Counted from the first letter of the stretch, positions 28,150 through 40,685 are shown. The stretch: DNA of 64,000 nucleotides from Lama glama (GCA_028534125.1 CM052817.1:60328001-60392000), one strand, 5' to 3'. Made by a program: numbers and translations. Notes: generated by a model not told the origin, from the letters alone.

Positions 28150-28400
28150 GCAGCACCAGAGGTCTGGAGACACAAAGAGTAGTTCCTGACTTAGAGGATC
28201 AGTTAGTCTAGTGGAGGAAGCAGGCATGTAATTACACAATAAAATGTGAAAGGAAAATACTCTAATAGTAGTAGGTAAATGGTGCTCTGGAGTCCCATAG
28301 GAGGACTGACTAATTCTTCAGGGAGTTTGACTGGGCTCAGAAAAAGTTTCACAGAGAATTTGCTTTAGCAGAATCATGCAAAATGAACAAGAATGCATTA
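28150..28400 (-). mobile_element. L2 fragment
   Basis: gttcctgacttagaggatcagttagtctagtggaggaagcaggcatgtaa...gtgctctggagtcccatagg. Confidence 0.55.
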
Positions 28401-28426
28401 GGCAGACAATGATGGACAAAAATTCA

Positions 28427-28451
28427 GTGTGTGTGTGTGTGTGTGTGTGTG
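28427..28451. repeat. (GT)n microsatellite
   Basis: Directly visible. Confidence 0.9.
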
Positions 28452-28499
28452 AGTGGGTGGGTGATAAAGAGAGAGAGAGGGATGGACAGGGTTTAAAAA

Positions 28500-30290
28500 A
28501 CCAAATACAACCAAGGGTTTTATAATGTAAAACAAGAGTCCCTTGGCCCACCCATATCTCCTTCAAGTTATTCTTCTGAGAAATAATTACTTATTTTAAT
28601 GTTTAAAATATAATCAGTATTTACTTTCAGAATACTCTCCACATTCACCTGGTTCAAGATTTAAAAGGTTCAAAAGGACCTTTTATATACACTCTTTACT
28701 CTTTTGTATGCAAATAGTGGTCTGCTAGGTATAAGTTCTGAGCCTGGATTTTTGCTATTTAATAACAGCTAGGAGCTCATTCCATTGAGATATATGAAGT
28801 GTTCCTTGTAATCTTAATCGTTATATATTACTCCATTGATATATACAGCTACTATGTACTTTCAATTTTTGTATTTTGATTTACTCTGCTAATTTATTAT
28901 TAGTTGATTTATTATTTTGTCTCCTACCTATTTGCTTTCTGATATGGTAAATGAAGATTTAGTTCATTTGCTTTACCAATACCCTCACCTCCTCTCAGTA
29001 TAACACAATTTAAAATAACTCTAAATAACATAGCTACACCTTTACTCCTATTCTGTCTACTACAGTGAGTATAGTGTCCCTAAAGCGTCTTTACCTACTC
29101 TTCTACTCTGCTGCCCCTCAACTTCCACGATTCACAGCTTTACTTTTATATTGGGCATATTAGAAACATATTTTCTACTCTGTAACTGTAAATAATCTTT
29201 CATGCCTTGGCTAAAAGTTGATTCTGTAGGATGGAAATCTATAAAGTGATTACTATATTTTTATCACTATGAATATTTTTCACCGCACAACAAAGTAGTA
29301 GGATATGATTTTGTTGAGGTTTTTTTCTCACTCAGCTTCAAATATTTTGAGTTATTACTTTTCTTACGATTTTCTTTATTTTATCTTTGTTGGCTACATA
29401 AATTCCAAATCCCTGTCTTTAGTGAAAATCTTCAAAATCCTGTTTCCTGCCTGGAGCCTTCCCTCTCAGAGCACTTGCTTTCCTGTCCTATTTCTGGTAC
29501 TTTCTTCATCACTCATTTGGGCCAGATCCATGAATTTCTGAAGTCTGTATCTTCCAGTTTTTTAGTATCCTATTTTTGCTGGAGAATATCCTCAGGTAAC
29601 TTCCTAAGGAAGGATATGTGGGAGGTAGAATTGTTTTATTTATGAAATTATTTTTATTTATGAAGATACATTTACTCTGACTTCATTCTTCATAAGTTGG
29701 CTAATTATAAATCCCTAGGTTGAAAAATCAATTACCTTAAACATCAGTAGTATTCATTTATCTGACATTCAGTTAACTGATGAGAAATCCAACTGATGTC
29801 TGATCTTTATTTACTTGAAGGTGGTTTGTTGTTTGCACCTTGAATCCTTTTGGGAAATTTACCTTTAATGTTTTAAAATTTCATGATTATGTGTCTGAGT
29901 TACTATCCATTTCACTTCATGTTGGTAAGCCTTTTCTTCTTTTAACATAATCTTTAATTTTTCAAAAGTTACTACTTAGAATTTTTAAGTTCTCTTATTT
30001 CCTCAAATAATCTCTATATATTCTAAGGTAAATTTTTCCCTGTTTTATCTTGATATTTTTCACATTGCAGTTGTTTTCAAGTGTCTCATAATCCTTGGTT
30101 GACAATCATATTTAGGAATGCATCAATATGCTGACTGAAAGCTGTGCATATAAAGAAGGGATTTTGGCTTGCCCAAGAGTTTACATTTAGATTGGGCATA
30201 TGAGATTCTGTTATTTTACTGGAAGTATGTGTGTCTTTGTGTGGTCTTTGTTCTAGGATGAAGGTGAAGATTCCGGTGAAAGTCAGCATA
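28500..30290 (-). mobile_element. Ancient L1ME-like fragments, heavily decayed
   Basis: T-rich antisense L1-like text: gctggagaatatcctcaggtaacttcctaagg, tataaatccctaggttgaaaa, tgatgagaaatcc, aaaatttcatgattatgtgtctg. Confidence 0.55.
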
Positions 30291-30300
30291 CGTTTCAATA

Positions 30301-31236
30301 CAGTTAATCTTCCGTATTTGCTGATTCTGTATTTGCAAATTCACTACTCACTAAAATTTATTTGTAACTCCAAAGTCAGCATTAGGGATGCTTTCACAGT
30401 CACTCACAGAAATTTGCAGAGGTGTGGAAATTCTGAATTGACCAACAGCCCCCATTAACAGTTAAGGACAAAGAAAACCACGTTCTGCATTCTTGTTTCA
30501 GCTCTCATATTGTAAACAAGTGTCCTTTCTACAGTCTATTTAGTGTTGTTTTTGCACATTTTATGCCTTTTGTTGGTGATTTCACTATTTAAAATAGCCC
30601 CCAAGCATCGTGCTGAAGTGCTGTCCAGTGTTGCTAAGAGTGAGAGGGCTATGATGTGTCTTACTGAAAATATACCTGTGTCACATAAGCCTCATTTGGG
30701 CAGGAGTTACAGTGCCATTGGCCATGCGTTCAGTGTTAATGTATCAACATTCTATTGTTTGAATGTTTGTGTCTCTCTAAAATTTATATGTTGAAATCCT
30801 GTGCCCAATGTGATGGTAACAGGAGGTGGAGCATTTGGGAGGTACTTAAGTCTTGAGGGTGGGGACCTCATGAATAAGATTAGTGCTACTGTAAATGCTA
30901 AAGAGACCCCGCAGATCTCCCTAGCCACTTCCATCATGTAAAAATAGAAGGGAAAGTCCACAACTGGAAGAGGGTCCTCACCCAATCTTGCTGGCACCCT
31001 GATCTTGGAATTCCAGCTTCCAGAACTGTGAGAAGTAAGATTTGTAAGCTACCTAATCTGTGGTATTTTGTTATAACAGCTAGAATGGACTAACACAGAC
31101 AATATAGATAAACTGTCTTTAAATAGAATCATACATAAAACCAGAGGCTTGCAAGACCCAAACCATGTACATTGCCTAGGAGCAGTGGGTCAGTATTTAC
31201 TATTTAGTGTTCACAGAAATGTCGAGAACATAGCTG
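30301..31236. mobile_element. MER82-like Tigger (TcMar) DNA transposon, split by an MLT1A LTR
   Basis: TA|cagtta...tagctg|TA ends; internal ctaaaatttatttgtaactccaaa, gtttcagctctcatattgtaaacaagtgtcc, aagcatcgtgctgaagtgctgtc; the element resumes after about 31100. Confidence 0.8.
30751..31097 (+). mobile_element. MLT1A-like MaLR solo LTR
   Basis: ctattgtttgaatgtttgtgtc...aaatttatatgttgaaatcct...gctggcaccctgatcttggaattccagcttccagaactgtgaga...gtggtattttgttataacagc...gactaacaca. Confidence 0.88.
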
Positions 31237-33244
31237 TACTCCCAGATTTTTCAGTTTCCCACTTCACTCCTGCCCTCCATTTGGCTTGGCGTTTATAAGC
31301 CTCAAAATTGCTAGGACTCTGCAGGGTGCAGTCCTCTGCTCAGCTGCTGCCTCTTATGATGATACCTAGTCCTGGCTCCTCCTGTAATGCTTCATCAGAT
31401 AGCACTATTTCTTCTGCTTTTCTTTTTTCAGTAATTTATTTAAAAACATTTTCTGATGGCTTCTGTCCCTTTTTCCTCCTGGGTCTTGTTTTATATATCT
31501 ATTCAATCCCTTATCTTTTATTGGGGTTATGGAGGTGATCCCCTTTGACTTTCTTGAGTTGAAAGTTCCAGAATGGTCTTTCAGATTTTTAGAGATTAAC
31601 AGAAAGTATTTTAAAGAACCATTGTTACAATTTTTAAGAAATAATATATTGAACCATGACATTTTAGGCTTGGGAAGTACAACTTGTAACATTCTGTTCA
31701 AATTCCAAATTTACAGTTGAGAAAATTAAAAGCCTCCTTTAGATCTAATCAACATTATTCTTTAACTTACTCCAGCATCATTTAGCATCTTTGTAGCTGT
31801 TGCTGATGACACTCACCATTTGAAACTGGTAAAGTAAGTTGTCAGACAGTTAAAGGGATACCTGATTGTCAAGTCCCAAGAAATACAGAAATGATTTATA
31901 GTGGATTATATGATGGATAGAAAGGCAAATAAAGCTAGAAAGAAACTGATGGATTGGGATAATAGGAAAGATAGAGGAACTAAAGTTTATGATGAGGTCA
32001 AAGAGACGGGTTCAGTAAGCTCAGAAGAGAGGAAGGGGTGGAAGGCAGAAATTTTGGTCAAAGAGGCAATAGCAGAACTCCCACCTTCACTGCTTCCTAT
32101 ATTTTATAAGTTGGCATGGAAAGTTGTTGAAATCTTCAAGGGAAGTATTAACTTAAAAGTCAAAGAAATTAGTTCTAAAAAAGAAATTGCTCACTTAGCA
32201 TTGTCTTTTAATTGCTAAGGGGGAGAATGGTCATATCAATTCTGTTTGCATCTTTTTTTTCTGTCCCTGGAGCAATTTTGTGGCATTGAGTTAATTATGC
32301 TCCCTTTGAAGTCTTTGAAATTTAATACATTACATGTCTACACTTAGTGCTCCACCTCTCATTCAAGATTTCAAAGGTTTAAGACAAATACTGCAGTTTC
32401 GTGCCGCTGAGTAAATCAACCTGCTGTGATATCCGTAGAAAATTGTTATCACAATGTACCTGTAAGTGTCCTTGAAATGAGTATAGTGAGACAGGAGTGC
32501 TCACATGATTTGATTTAAATATGGAGTAGGATGATATTTTGAAGAACAATAGTTTTTATATAGGAAAAATGTTCATTAGATGCTATGTAAGTTAAACCCT
32601 TTCCAGAAAGAATACATACATTAGAACTTTTTGATCAATACTTTAAGTTGTCAGGTTTGATAAGAAAAATCAATTCCTTGAAAACAGGAGGTTTTATTAT
32701 GTGTATAGTAAGGAATATATTGCCTATTTGCATTTTTTCAAATTTTCAGAAAGGAACCCTACTGTTACACGAAATCCTTTTATTCTGCAATAAGAAGAGG
32801 GCATTATCTTTTATTCCTTAAAGATACTTTATAATATAGTTTTGATTCCATTGTAGTATATTCCAGAGAACTTTGATCCTGTCAAACAACAAAAAGGCAA
32901 ATTTACTTACTTTAAATACGTAAGCAGCTTGCCAGAAATAAGCCTTTAGGAAGGTTTAGAAAACAAGTGAAGTTGTCTAGTCTCAATGGATATAGAAAGG
33001 ATTCTAGTCATCAAAAGGGTACTGTGAATATTCCAATTACTGTGATAGTTATTTAACAGCTATTTAAATAACCCAGTTTTTACGAAAAGAGAAATTACTT
33101 GTAGACATTATGCAATGTGCAGTTTTTAAGATGAGGCTAGCATAATGTTAGAAAAAGGAACACATGACTATCAGGTTTTCCCAAAATATATTCATTGCAT
33201 GAAAGTCCCTCTAATAATAATGTGTTCATAGATGATTGCTATGC

Positions 33245-34380
33245 ATTTTTTAAAGTACACTTTTAATTGAAATATAATGTACATGATTATAGTGCATATA
33301 TTATAACTGTACAACTCAACAAATTTCCACACAAGCAGCATCCAGACCAAGAAACAGAACATTAGCACTTCTAGAGTCCCCTTCCATGCACCATCCAGTT
33401 GTAACTCCTTGAAGTTACAGCATTATCTTGACTTCTAACATAGTAAACTAGTTGTGATTCATGTTAAACTGTGTAAGAGTAGAAACATACTGTATATACT
33501 CTTTTGTCTTTCTCTTTTGTTCAACATTATGTTTATGATATGTAACTGTGTTGAAATATGTAGGAAAAGTTTATTCATTTTGATTGTTCAAAGTGTTCCA
33601 TTGCATGAATATGCCACAATTTATATAACTTATATTGATAATTTTTTCCAGTTTTGCTTATTACAAATATCGGTACTATGCATGGTTTTTTGTGTACATA
33701 TGTATTTTTGTTGAGTGTATACCTAGGAAAGGAATTTCTAGCTTGAGATGTATGCATAAGGTATGTCACTTATTAATGCCAGCTGATACAGCCAGTTTTC
33801 CAATATGTTTACATGAACTTGGACTCCCATTGGTAATAAGCAGAAGCATTTCAATTTTCCACTTCCTCACCAACACTTGTTATTTTCCACCTTCTTCATT
33901 TTATTTATACTGGTGGGTATGGATTAGATTCAGATTTTATTTTTAATTTACCTTTTCCTGGTGGATGGGTTTTTGTACATTTGGGGTTTTTTTAAGATTT
34001 TTATTTACTGAGTGCCTATTCAAGTCATTTTACTTTTATTTCCCTCGTGATTGGTGAGAGTTTTATATATATTAGGGATAAGAGTCTATTGCCAAATGTA
34101 TTTTAAACACTTTCTCCCATTGTTTACCTTTTCATTTTATAAAGGGTGAATTTTGATAAGTATAAATTTTTATTTGTAATGTAGTCCCTTATTAACTTGC
34201 TTTCTTTGTATTAGTGCTTTTTGTCTTTTTTGATAGAAACTTCCTGCTCCACAATCATGAAGACGTACTGTCATGTTTTTTCTAGAAATTTTGTTTTACC
34301 ATTTACATTTAAATATGAAGTTCATCTGAAATTGATTGTAGAGAGGTTGAGATACATTTATTTTCCATATGGTGTCTTCT
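33245..34380 (-). mobile_element. Old L1M 3' end (L1MC/MD/ME-like)
   Basis: tttaattgaaatataatgtacat...ccagaccaagaaacagaacattagc...gagtgtatacctagg...cttcctcaccaacacttg...ttttaccatttacattta. Confidence 0.85.
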
Positions 34381-35109
34381 CTTCATTTCAACACAAGACC
34401 AGTGTACCTGAATGCAAAAGAATATTAGATGTTTCCACCACCAGTAAATAAAAAGGGAATTAATCAGTGTATTTGAAAGTATAGGGCTATTTTAGTCCTG
34501 TACAGCATTTTGTGTCTATATCATTTTTTTTCCTGTCGAAGATGAAGCACATGATTTTAGGAGGGAATGAAAGGCTATACTGATGATTTTCATTGGGATA
34601 AAAATCTTTCTATGATCTCATGATAACAAAAGTTAATGATGCTGGATTCTATAATAAAAGTTGAAACTCGGAATTTCCAAGGGCTCAATAGTCATGGGTC
34701 ATAAAGTAGCAGCTAGTGACCATTCACTTAAAAATTCACCTGCTCTGTATGGATGTGATTTGTACAATGACATGGAATTTTAAGAGAAAAAAAGAATTTT
34801 AATTTAACTGGAGTTAAAAACAAATCCACCAAATCCTCTAGCAAAGACTGCTTCATTCCTTCCTGAATTTAAGTTTTCTTATGTTATAGTTATCAATTAT
34901 TACTGAACTACTGTAAATCCAAGTTTTTACTCTAGCTCAGTATTGTATTGAACTTGAAAGGCAGTTCAGTTACTAGCCAGCCCACAGTTTTGCATCCTTT
35001 TTTTTTTCCAAATGAGGTCTCAGATTTATTTACTTTCCACTTGACCAAAATCATGCATGACAGGTCTTCCTTCTGTTAATGAGGCCTAAAAGAACATCAG
35101 GCTTTTCTT

Positions 35110-35200
35110 TTCTTTTTTTTTTCATTTTTTTTCCTTTTTTTAATTGAAGGATAGTCGGTTACAATGTGTCAGTTTCTGGTGTACAGCTTAATGTCCCAGT

Positions 35201-35241
<41 letters not shown>

Positions 35242-35414
35242 GTGCGTGTATATATATGTGTGTGTATATATATATATTTGTTTTCATATTCTTTTTCACT
35301 AAAGGTTGTTATAAGATATTGAATGTAGTTCCCTGTGCTATACAGAGGAAATTTGTTTTTTATCTATTTTTATATAAAATGGTTAACATTTGCAATCTCA
35401 AACTCCCAAATTAT
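35110..35414 (-). mobile_element. Younger lineage-specific L1 3' end with an internal (TG)n/(TA)n microsatellite
   Basis: T-rich tail, aattgaaggatagtcggttacaatgtgtcagtttctggtgtacagc, gttccctgtgctatacag; flanking repeat gcttttctt at 35101-35109 and 35415-35423. Confidence 0.88.
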
Positions 35415-36050
35415 GCTTTTCTTCTTGGAGCTCTATTTAACTCTCAGAAGTATTCCCTGAAGATGGGCACTAAGCAGAGAACTAGGTTCCAATAAGTCCA
35501 AGCTTCCAAATTAGACAGATCCAACCCACTGTGACTACTGACTTGGATGCTGATATTGGTAGCAGTTTGCTACTAATTTCTCCTAACAGTCTAAAGATCA
35601 TTTAACAATTTTTGCCTTTGCAGCATCTAATTTGACAGTTTGCTTCTTTCCTGTTAGGGTTTTGATAAGTCAAGATTTTCATTCTCTTCTATTTATTTAA
35701 GCAAATTTAAGCAAGAAAATAACAGAACATAAGTGAAGGTTGTACTCTTATTTGAAATATAAAATCACAATTGCCACAACTTTCAAGGCAAGGGAATTGA
35801 AATCCTTCTCTAATCTAGTATTTATTTATTTATTTATTCATTCATTCAGACAATATGTTTGAAGCTATTCTGTGCAAGACAATGGGCAAAGTGTTGCTAG
35901 GAATACAGTCATGAAAGATATATGGGTCTAGCCTACAAAGGACAGATAGACTAATAAGGAAAATGTAAACATAAAATGTACAAAAATCATAAAACCACAA
36001 GAAAATAAACAGTTAAGTTACTCTTCCCAACTCCCAAAGGGAATTAAAAA

Positions 36051-36172
36051 CAATTGGGGGGTAAGGGGAGGTAACTAGGTTTATTTATTTACCTTTAATG
36101 GAGGTACTACGGATTGAACCCAGGACCTCCTGCATGCTAAGCACACTCTCCCATTGAGCTATACCCTCCCCT
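36051..36172 (-). mobile_element. tRNA-derived SINE, vic-1-like (camelid)
   Basis: Minus strand reads GGGGAGGGTATAGCTCAATGGGAGAGTGTGCTTAGCATGCAGGAGGTCCTGGGTTCAATCCGTAGTACCTCCATTAAAGGTAAATAAATAAACCTAGTTACCTCCCC, with Pol III A and B boxes and a tRNA-Ala-like head; 21-bp flanking direct repeat. Confidence 0.88.
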
Positions 36173-37369
36173 ACTCCCAAAGGGAATTAAAAATAAAGAA
36201 AACGAAGTTGCTATCTAAAAACTTAATCAAAGTTTTCAGATAATATATAAGATTATCCAGATCTAGAAGTAAACCCAAATTTTACTAGTTATGGGGTAAC
36301 TGAGAAGTCTTGGCTACTTTGAGAAATTCTTACCATGACTTCCTATAGTCTTACCAAAGCAAGTCTGGAATGTGAATGAATCCAAGAGTGCTTAAATATA
36401 TATTGGGTTTTCTCTCCATGAATTTACATAGACAAAACAAAAAGCGATTAGTTAAAATAGGCCTAAAATGATAAATTTGAAGATTAGAATTTGGCAGTGT
36501 TTGTCTGTTACTGCCTAGAAAAGAAAGACATCCAACCTGGAAAGCAAGGACATGCCACAGATAAAAGTATTCTCTGTGGTACACCAGGCACAGTTTATCA
36601 GGCCTTATCATGGTCTGAGTGAAGTCATTTCAAAATTATGCCCCTCCTTGTTTCTGCTCCCATTCTCAACATCACCTTTTGAAGTTAAGAGAATGATGAG
36701 CCCCTGAATGTAAGCACTAGAGAGATATGTTTGCTGCAAAAAAAATAAATTAGCAATGTAATTAATGTGCTTTTTTCTAGTAACTTTGCTTTGTTCATAG
36801 ATGGCAAATACTCGCTACAAGCACCATTATTTTCCATTCCCAGACCAAAACATAGATTACTACACTCTGGCCTGCTTTTCCTTCCAGGCAGCAAATGGAT
36901 TTTAGTACTGGAGTCTAAATCTACTTATCAACCTGGGTTAGTGTGAATCAGTCTCCCAGAACTTACTCAATTCCTTAAATACTTACTGATAAAATCAGTA
37001 TTTTAGATTTGTAGAGGATAAGATTTTAAGGTACAGCCACCCCATGAAGCTTTGTTGAAAAGTTATTAGGTATCCCCCTAAGTTACAGTTCTATTCAGAA
37101 TTTTTCTTACTATAATACAGATAAATAGAAAGGAAATAAATGGTTTAGGTAGAGAAAACTAAGAAAGTTCATTTGATTTTTCCAGAAAAACCTATTTTTA
37201 ATAGAATACACACAACTGTAGCATAAGAGGATTAAAAGATTAAACTTATGTGTATCCACCCAACACTAAAATTATATAAGCAATGTGGGTCCATTAATTT
37301 CAAATATGAATTACTTTAAATACACATATTACTTGATAAGGCAACATTTAAGTCAGTACCTGAAAGTCA

Positions 37370-38420
37370 TATTCAGGATTTGGCTTTAAGGCAGTATGGT
37401 AGAAGGGCATCCTTCCATGAATGAAGAAAAGCATAAATAAAGATACTGAGATGGAAATTTGCAAGGAACTGGATAGGATGGGGACACAGACTAACAGAAG
37501 TAGAATTTTAGGATGCAAAGTCAAGAAGTAAGGTTGTACCAGGTTGGTAGATGAAAATCTTTGAAGGTCAAATCTAAAGAAGGGGATAAGCTACAAAGGC
37601 AGCATGAACATGGAATTTGGATTGTTTCTGCTTAATTAGCTGTAGAGCCCTGGCCAAGCCACTTAAATTCACTTAGCTTTATTTTCCTCATCCCTAAAAT
37701 GGAATAATTCCTGGATCACAGAGTTATTTTGAAGGCTATACTTAGTAATATATAAATAATATGTAGAATAATGTTCACACTTAGAAAAATTTTAATAAGT
37801 TTTAGTTGTACAATGTTCCAGAACTGTAGAGTAGGGTAAAGAAGAAAATATAAATGATGTTAATAGACTGGGAAACTTATTAGATGTATTTAACGAGGTT
37901 GAGATATGGGCAACAGAGATGGATCCTATGTTTTAAGTCTGGGTTTTAGTAACACTAATGCTATGAAATCAGGGACATAAGAAAATGAACATGTTTTGAG
38001 ATAATATGATAAATAAACTTTTAATCATAAATTTGATGTTATTCTGGAACATCTAGATTGAGGCATGCATGTTATTGGTTGGAAATGAAGGAATGGAACC
38101 CAGGAGTCTTAAGCTATTGTGTTTATCAATGAGATGATCGTTGGTGACCTTTGAAAAACCATTTACTACAACAGTGTGAGGGGAAAGACGGTAAGAGGTT
38201 ATTAGCAAATAATAGAGTAAGAGTAGGCAGCTCGTTCAAGTTTGGAAACAAAAAGGAGGGTTGAATAGTACTGTATCTTAGGCAGAAACCTATTTCAAGG
38301 AAGATGTTTTCTAAATAAGAGACATCAGGTGGAAAGAGAGACGCTGAAGATGCAAGATACAGCATCAGAATCAACATAGCATTATTGCAATGAAGTAGGA
38401 CCCGTTTTATAAATAGATTA
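37370..38420 (-). mobile_element. L2 fragment with a MIR (about 37590-37810, + strand) inside it
   Basis: L2 antisense (gttttaagtctggg, aaatttgatgttattctggaacatctagattgagg, gttggtgacctttgaaaaa); MIR core ctggccaagccacttaaattcacttagctttattttcctcatccctaaaatggaataat. Confidence 0.6.
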
Positions 38421-38870
38421 TGTTTATATACAGAGGATTTTGAAGGTTAAAGGAAGGCTCAATTGCATTTGGATGGGATGCATTTATAGTAGAATCAATG
38501 TATTTTAATTCGCTTGTTTTCTGTGAGTGTTTAGCAGACTGGATGTGGAGGCAGGAAAAAAAAAAAAAAAGGAAGAAGTTAAAAAGGATGGCTTAACCAG
38601 GGAGGGGGACTAGCCAAAAAGCAACTAAAAAAGGACCAGGCTATCTATGGGGACCATAACACAGATGACATAAGACATGCTGGGAAGCCACTGATTTTCA
38701 GTAAGAAACCAACTTCTTAATACAAGTTACCAAATTTATGAAAGAAATACATACAAAACTTTCCTTATATTTTATTTATGCTTACATAATAAGTCTAAAC
38801 TACAGTTTCAAAGAAAGCACGTTAAGTGGATTAATACTTCAGAGATGAACAAAAATGTATTCACCTGGAA

Positions 38871-39353
38871 CAAAAATTTCTCAGCTTTGGCACTACTGAT
38901 AAATTGGACCAGATAATTCTTTGTTGTGGGAAGCTGTCTTGTGTATTGTAATATGTTTAGCAGGATTCCTACTTCTATCCAGTAGACACCAATCACGACA
39001 ATAAAAAAAAAGTGCCAGATACAAATTAACAGAGATTGACTGTAGATTGGAGGTTACCAGGGACTGGGGGGAGGGAGGGAAACAGAGTTATTGCTTAATG
39101 AGTACAGTTTCTCCATGAGTTGATTAAATAGTTTTAGAAATAGGAGTGATGGTTGCACAACATTGTGAATGTAATTAATGCCACTGATTTATACACTTAA
39201 AAATGGTTTAAATGAAAAGTTTAATTTTATATCTGTTTCACCAAAATAAAAAACAGAAACTGCAGGGGGAAGAAAAGCCAGATAGTGCCAAATGTGCCAA
39301 TTACTTGGGGATAGCGTGGGGGGATTAAAATCATCCCTGGTTGATAATCACTA
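38871..39353. mobile_element. MER20 hAT-Charlie DNA transposon, split by an L1 3' end
   Basis: ttctcagctttggcactactgataaattggaccagataattctttgttgtggg...gtgtattgtaatatgtttagcag; resumes gccagatagtgccaaatgt...aaaatcatccctggttgataatcact. Confidence 0.82.
39022..39276 (+). mobile_element. L1MB-like 3' end
   Basis: gtagattggaggttaccagggactgg...ttaatgagtacagtttc...gtgatggttgcacaacattgtgaatgtaattaatgccactga...cacttaaaaatggtt. Confidence 0.88.
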
Positions 39354-39939
39354 TTTAGTGAAACACTAAAATTTGTTCTTATGAAATTTTTGTTGCTGGC
39401 ATATGACACCTCCATTTCACTTTCCCCCTAATAATAGCTAGTCAACATTTATTGGACTCTTTTCAGGTGTCTGACACTAAGCTAATCACTCTGTAAATTA
39501 TCTTATATAATCCTCAGAAAAATCCAGTGAGATAAGTATAATATTATCTTCCTTCTACAAGTAAAAAGATAAAGGAATGATGTATATATGTTTGTCCATC
39601 TAGATTAAGTAGATTAACTGCAGTTTATTTTTTGTTAACTTAGTCATCATGTTTACATTTTTACTGTTTTCTGACGGTTTTCATCATTAATTCCTTTTTG
39701 GGAAGCGTATAATTGGTTTTCAAGTAATACTTACGTTTCTAGCCTTCAGCTGGTAAGTTTATGTTATAGTCTTTTAACATGCCATCTAAGAGGCAAATCA
39801 GTCTGCCTGAAATTTTTAGCACAAAATAAATGAAAATGCAATAAAAGCAATTAATTCTAAATGTAAACTGATAAGGCATGACTAATTGGAGGCAAGAAAT
39901 CTGAGTTGATTCTGTACATTGTAAAGTAGTTGCCATCGG

Positions 39940-40190
39940 CAGTAATTAACATTTATTGAGCTTTTCTTATGTGCCAGACACTGCTCTAATCATGTTTTAC
40001 ATATTATCATATTTAATCCTCACACCAAATCTATGAAATAGATGCAATGGTTGGCCTCATTTTACAAAAATAAAAAGGGAAATCCAGATACAAAGAGGTT
40101 GTGAAAGTAGCCCCAGGTCACACAGCAAGTAAGAGGGCAGCCAAGTCCAGACCATTCTTCAGGTGTGTACTGCGCTGTATTACCTCTCCA
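39940..40190 (-). mobile_element. MIR, near full length
   Basis: taacatttattgagcttttcttatgtgccagacactgctcta...tttaatcctcacac...cattttaca...cccaggtcacacagcaagtaag. Confidence 0.85.
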
Positions 40191-40229
40191 GGTATCCAAT
40201 TAATGTGAGAAAAATCATCCTAGCTTTTT

Positions 40230-40685
40230 GTTTATGGCAAAGAAGTAGTTGGTATGCCTAACTCCCATTAGATCATTTTTAAGGAGAGCTTGCCCTGGGG
40301 TGAGCTAATGGAAGAGTACTGGAGGACATGATCATTACTGGGGGTTTGGTCAGTGTGATGAGGCCATCTGTGTTTGTGTTTGGTAACTGGTGTTTACCAA
40401 AGTTAGCCTCCTACGCAACCACAGAGATCTGGAGAGAGAGCGACTCTATCTTCCTTGATTATTACATGTCAAAGGGATGGCTTCCAGGTCCTGGAGAAAG
40501 ACATTTTTGGATTGTAAAACTAATGAGAGCCTGGGAGATTTACATGTTAAAGGAGCAGACAAAGAATTTACAATTGCAAGGATTCTAAAGTAAATGCTCA
40601 AAGGGAACTCAAAAGACCTAGAGTCAGACAGAAACCTGTTCAAAGCTGAGTCAGGCTGAAGGGAATGTTAAGGTGTTTTGAGTCA
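40230..40685 (-). mobile_element. ERV1 LTR (MER31/MER67-like)
   Basis: gatttacatgttaaaggagcagacaaagaatttacaattgcaaggattctaaagtaaatgctc...gtcaggctgaagggaatgttaaggtgttttgagtca; the minus strand begins TGA. Confidence 0.65.

Noticed and set aside
31901..32218. 105-aa lysine/glutamate-rich ORF
   Set aside because: Purine-rich sequence resembling antisense L2, a non-ATG start, no recognisable domain and no supported splice sites.
35166..35495. Similar ORFs at 35166 (+) and 60857-61072 (-) suggesting a small gene family
   Set aside because: Both are antisense readings of the same L1 3' UTR.
36090..36172. Possible functional tRNA-Ala gene
   Set aside because: The tRNA-like head is diverged, continues into a SINE body and is flanked by a direct repeat.
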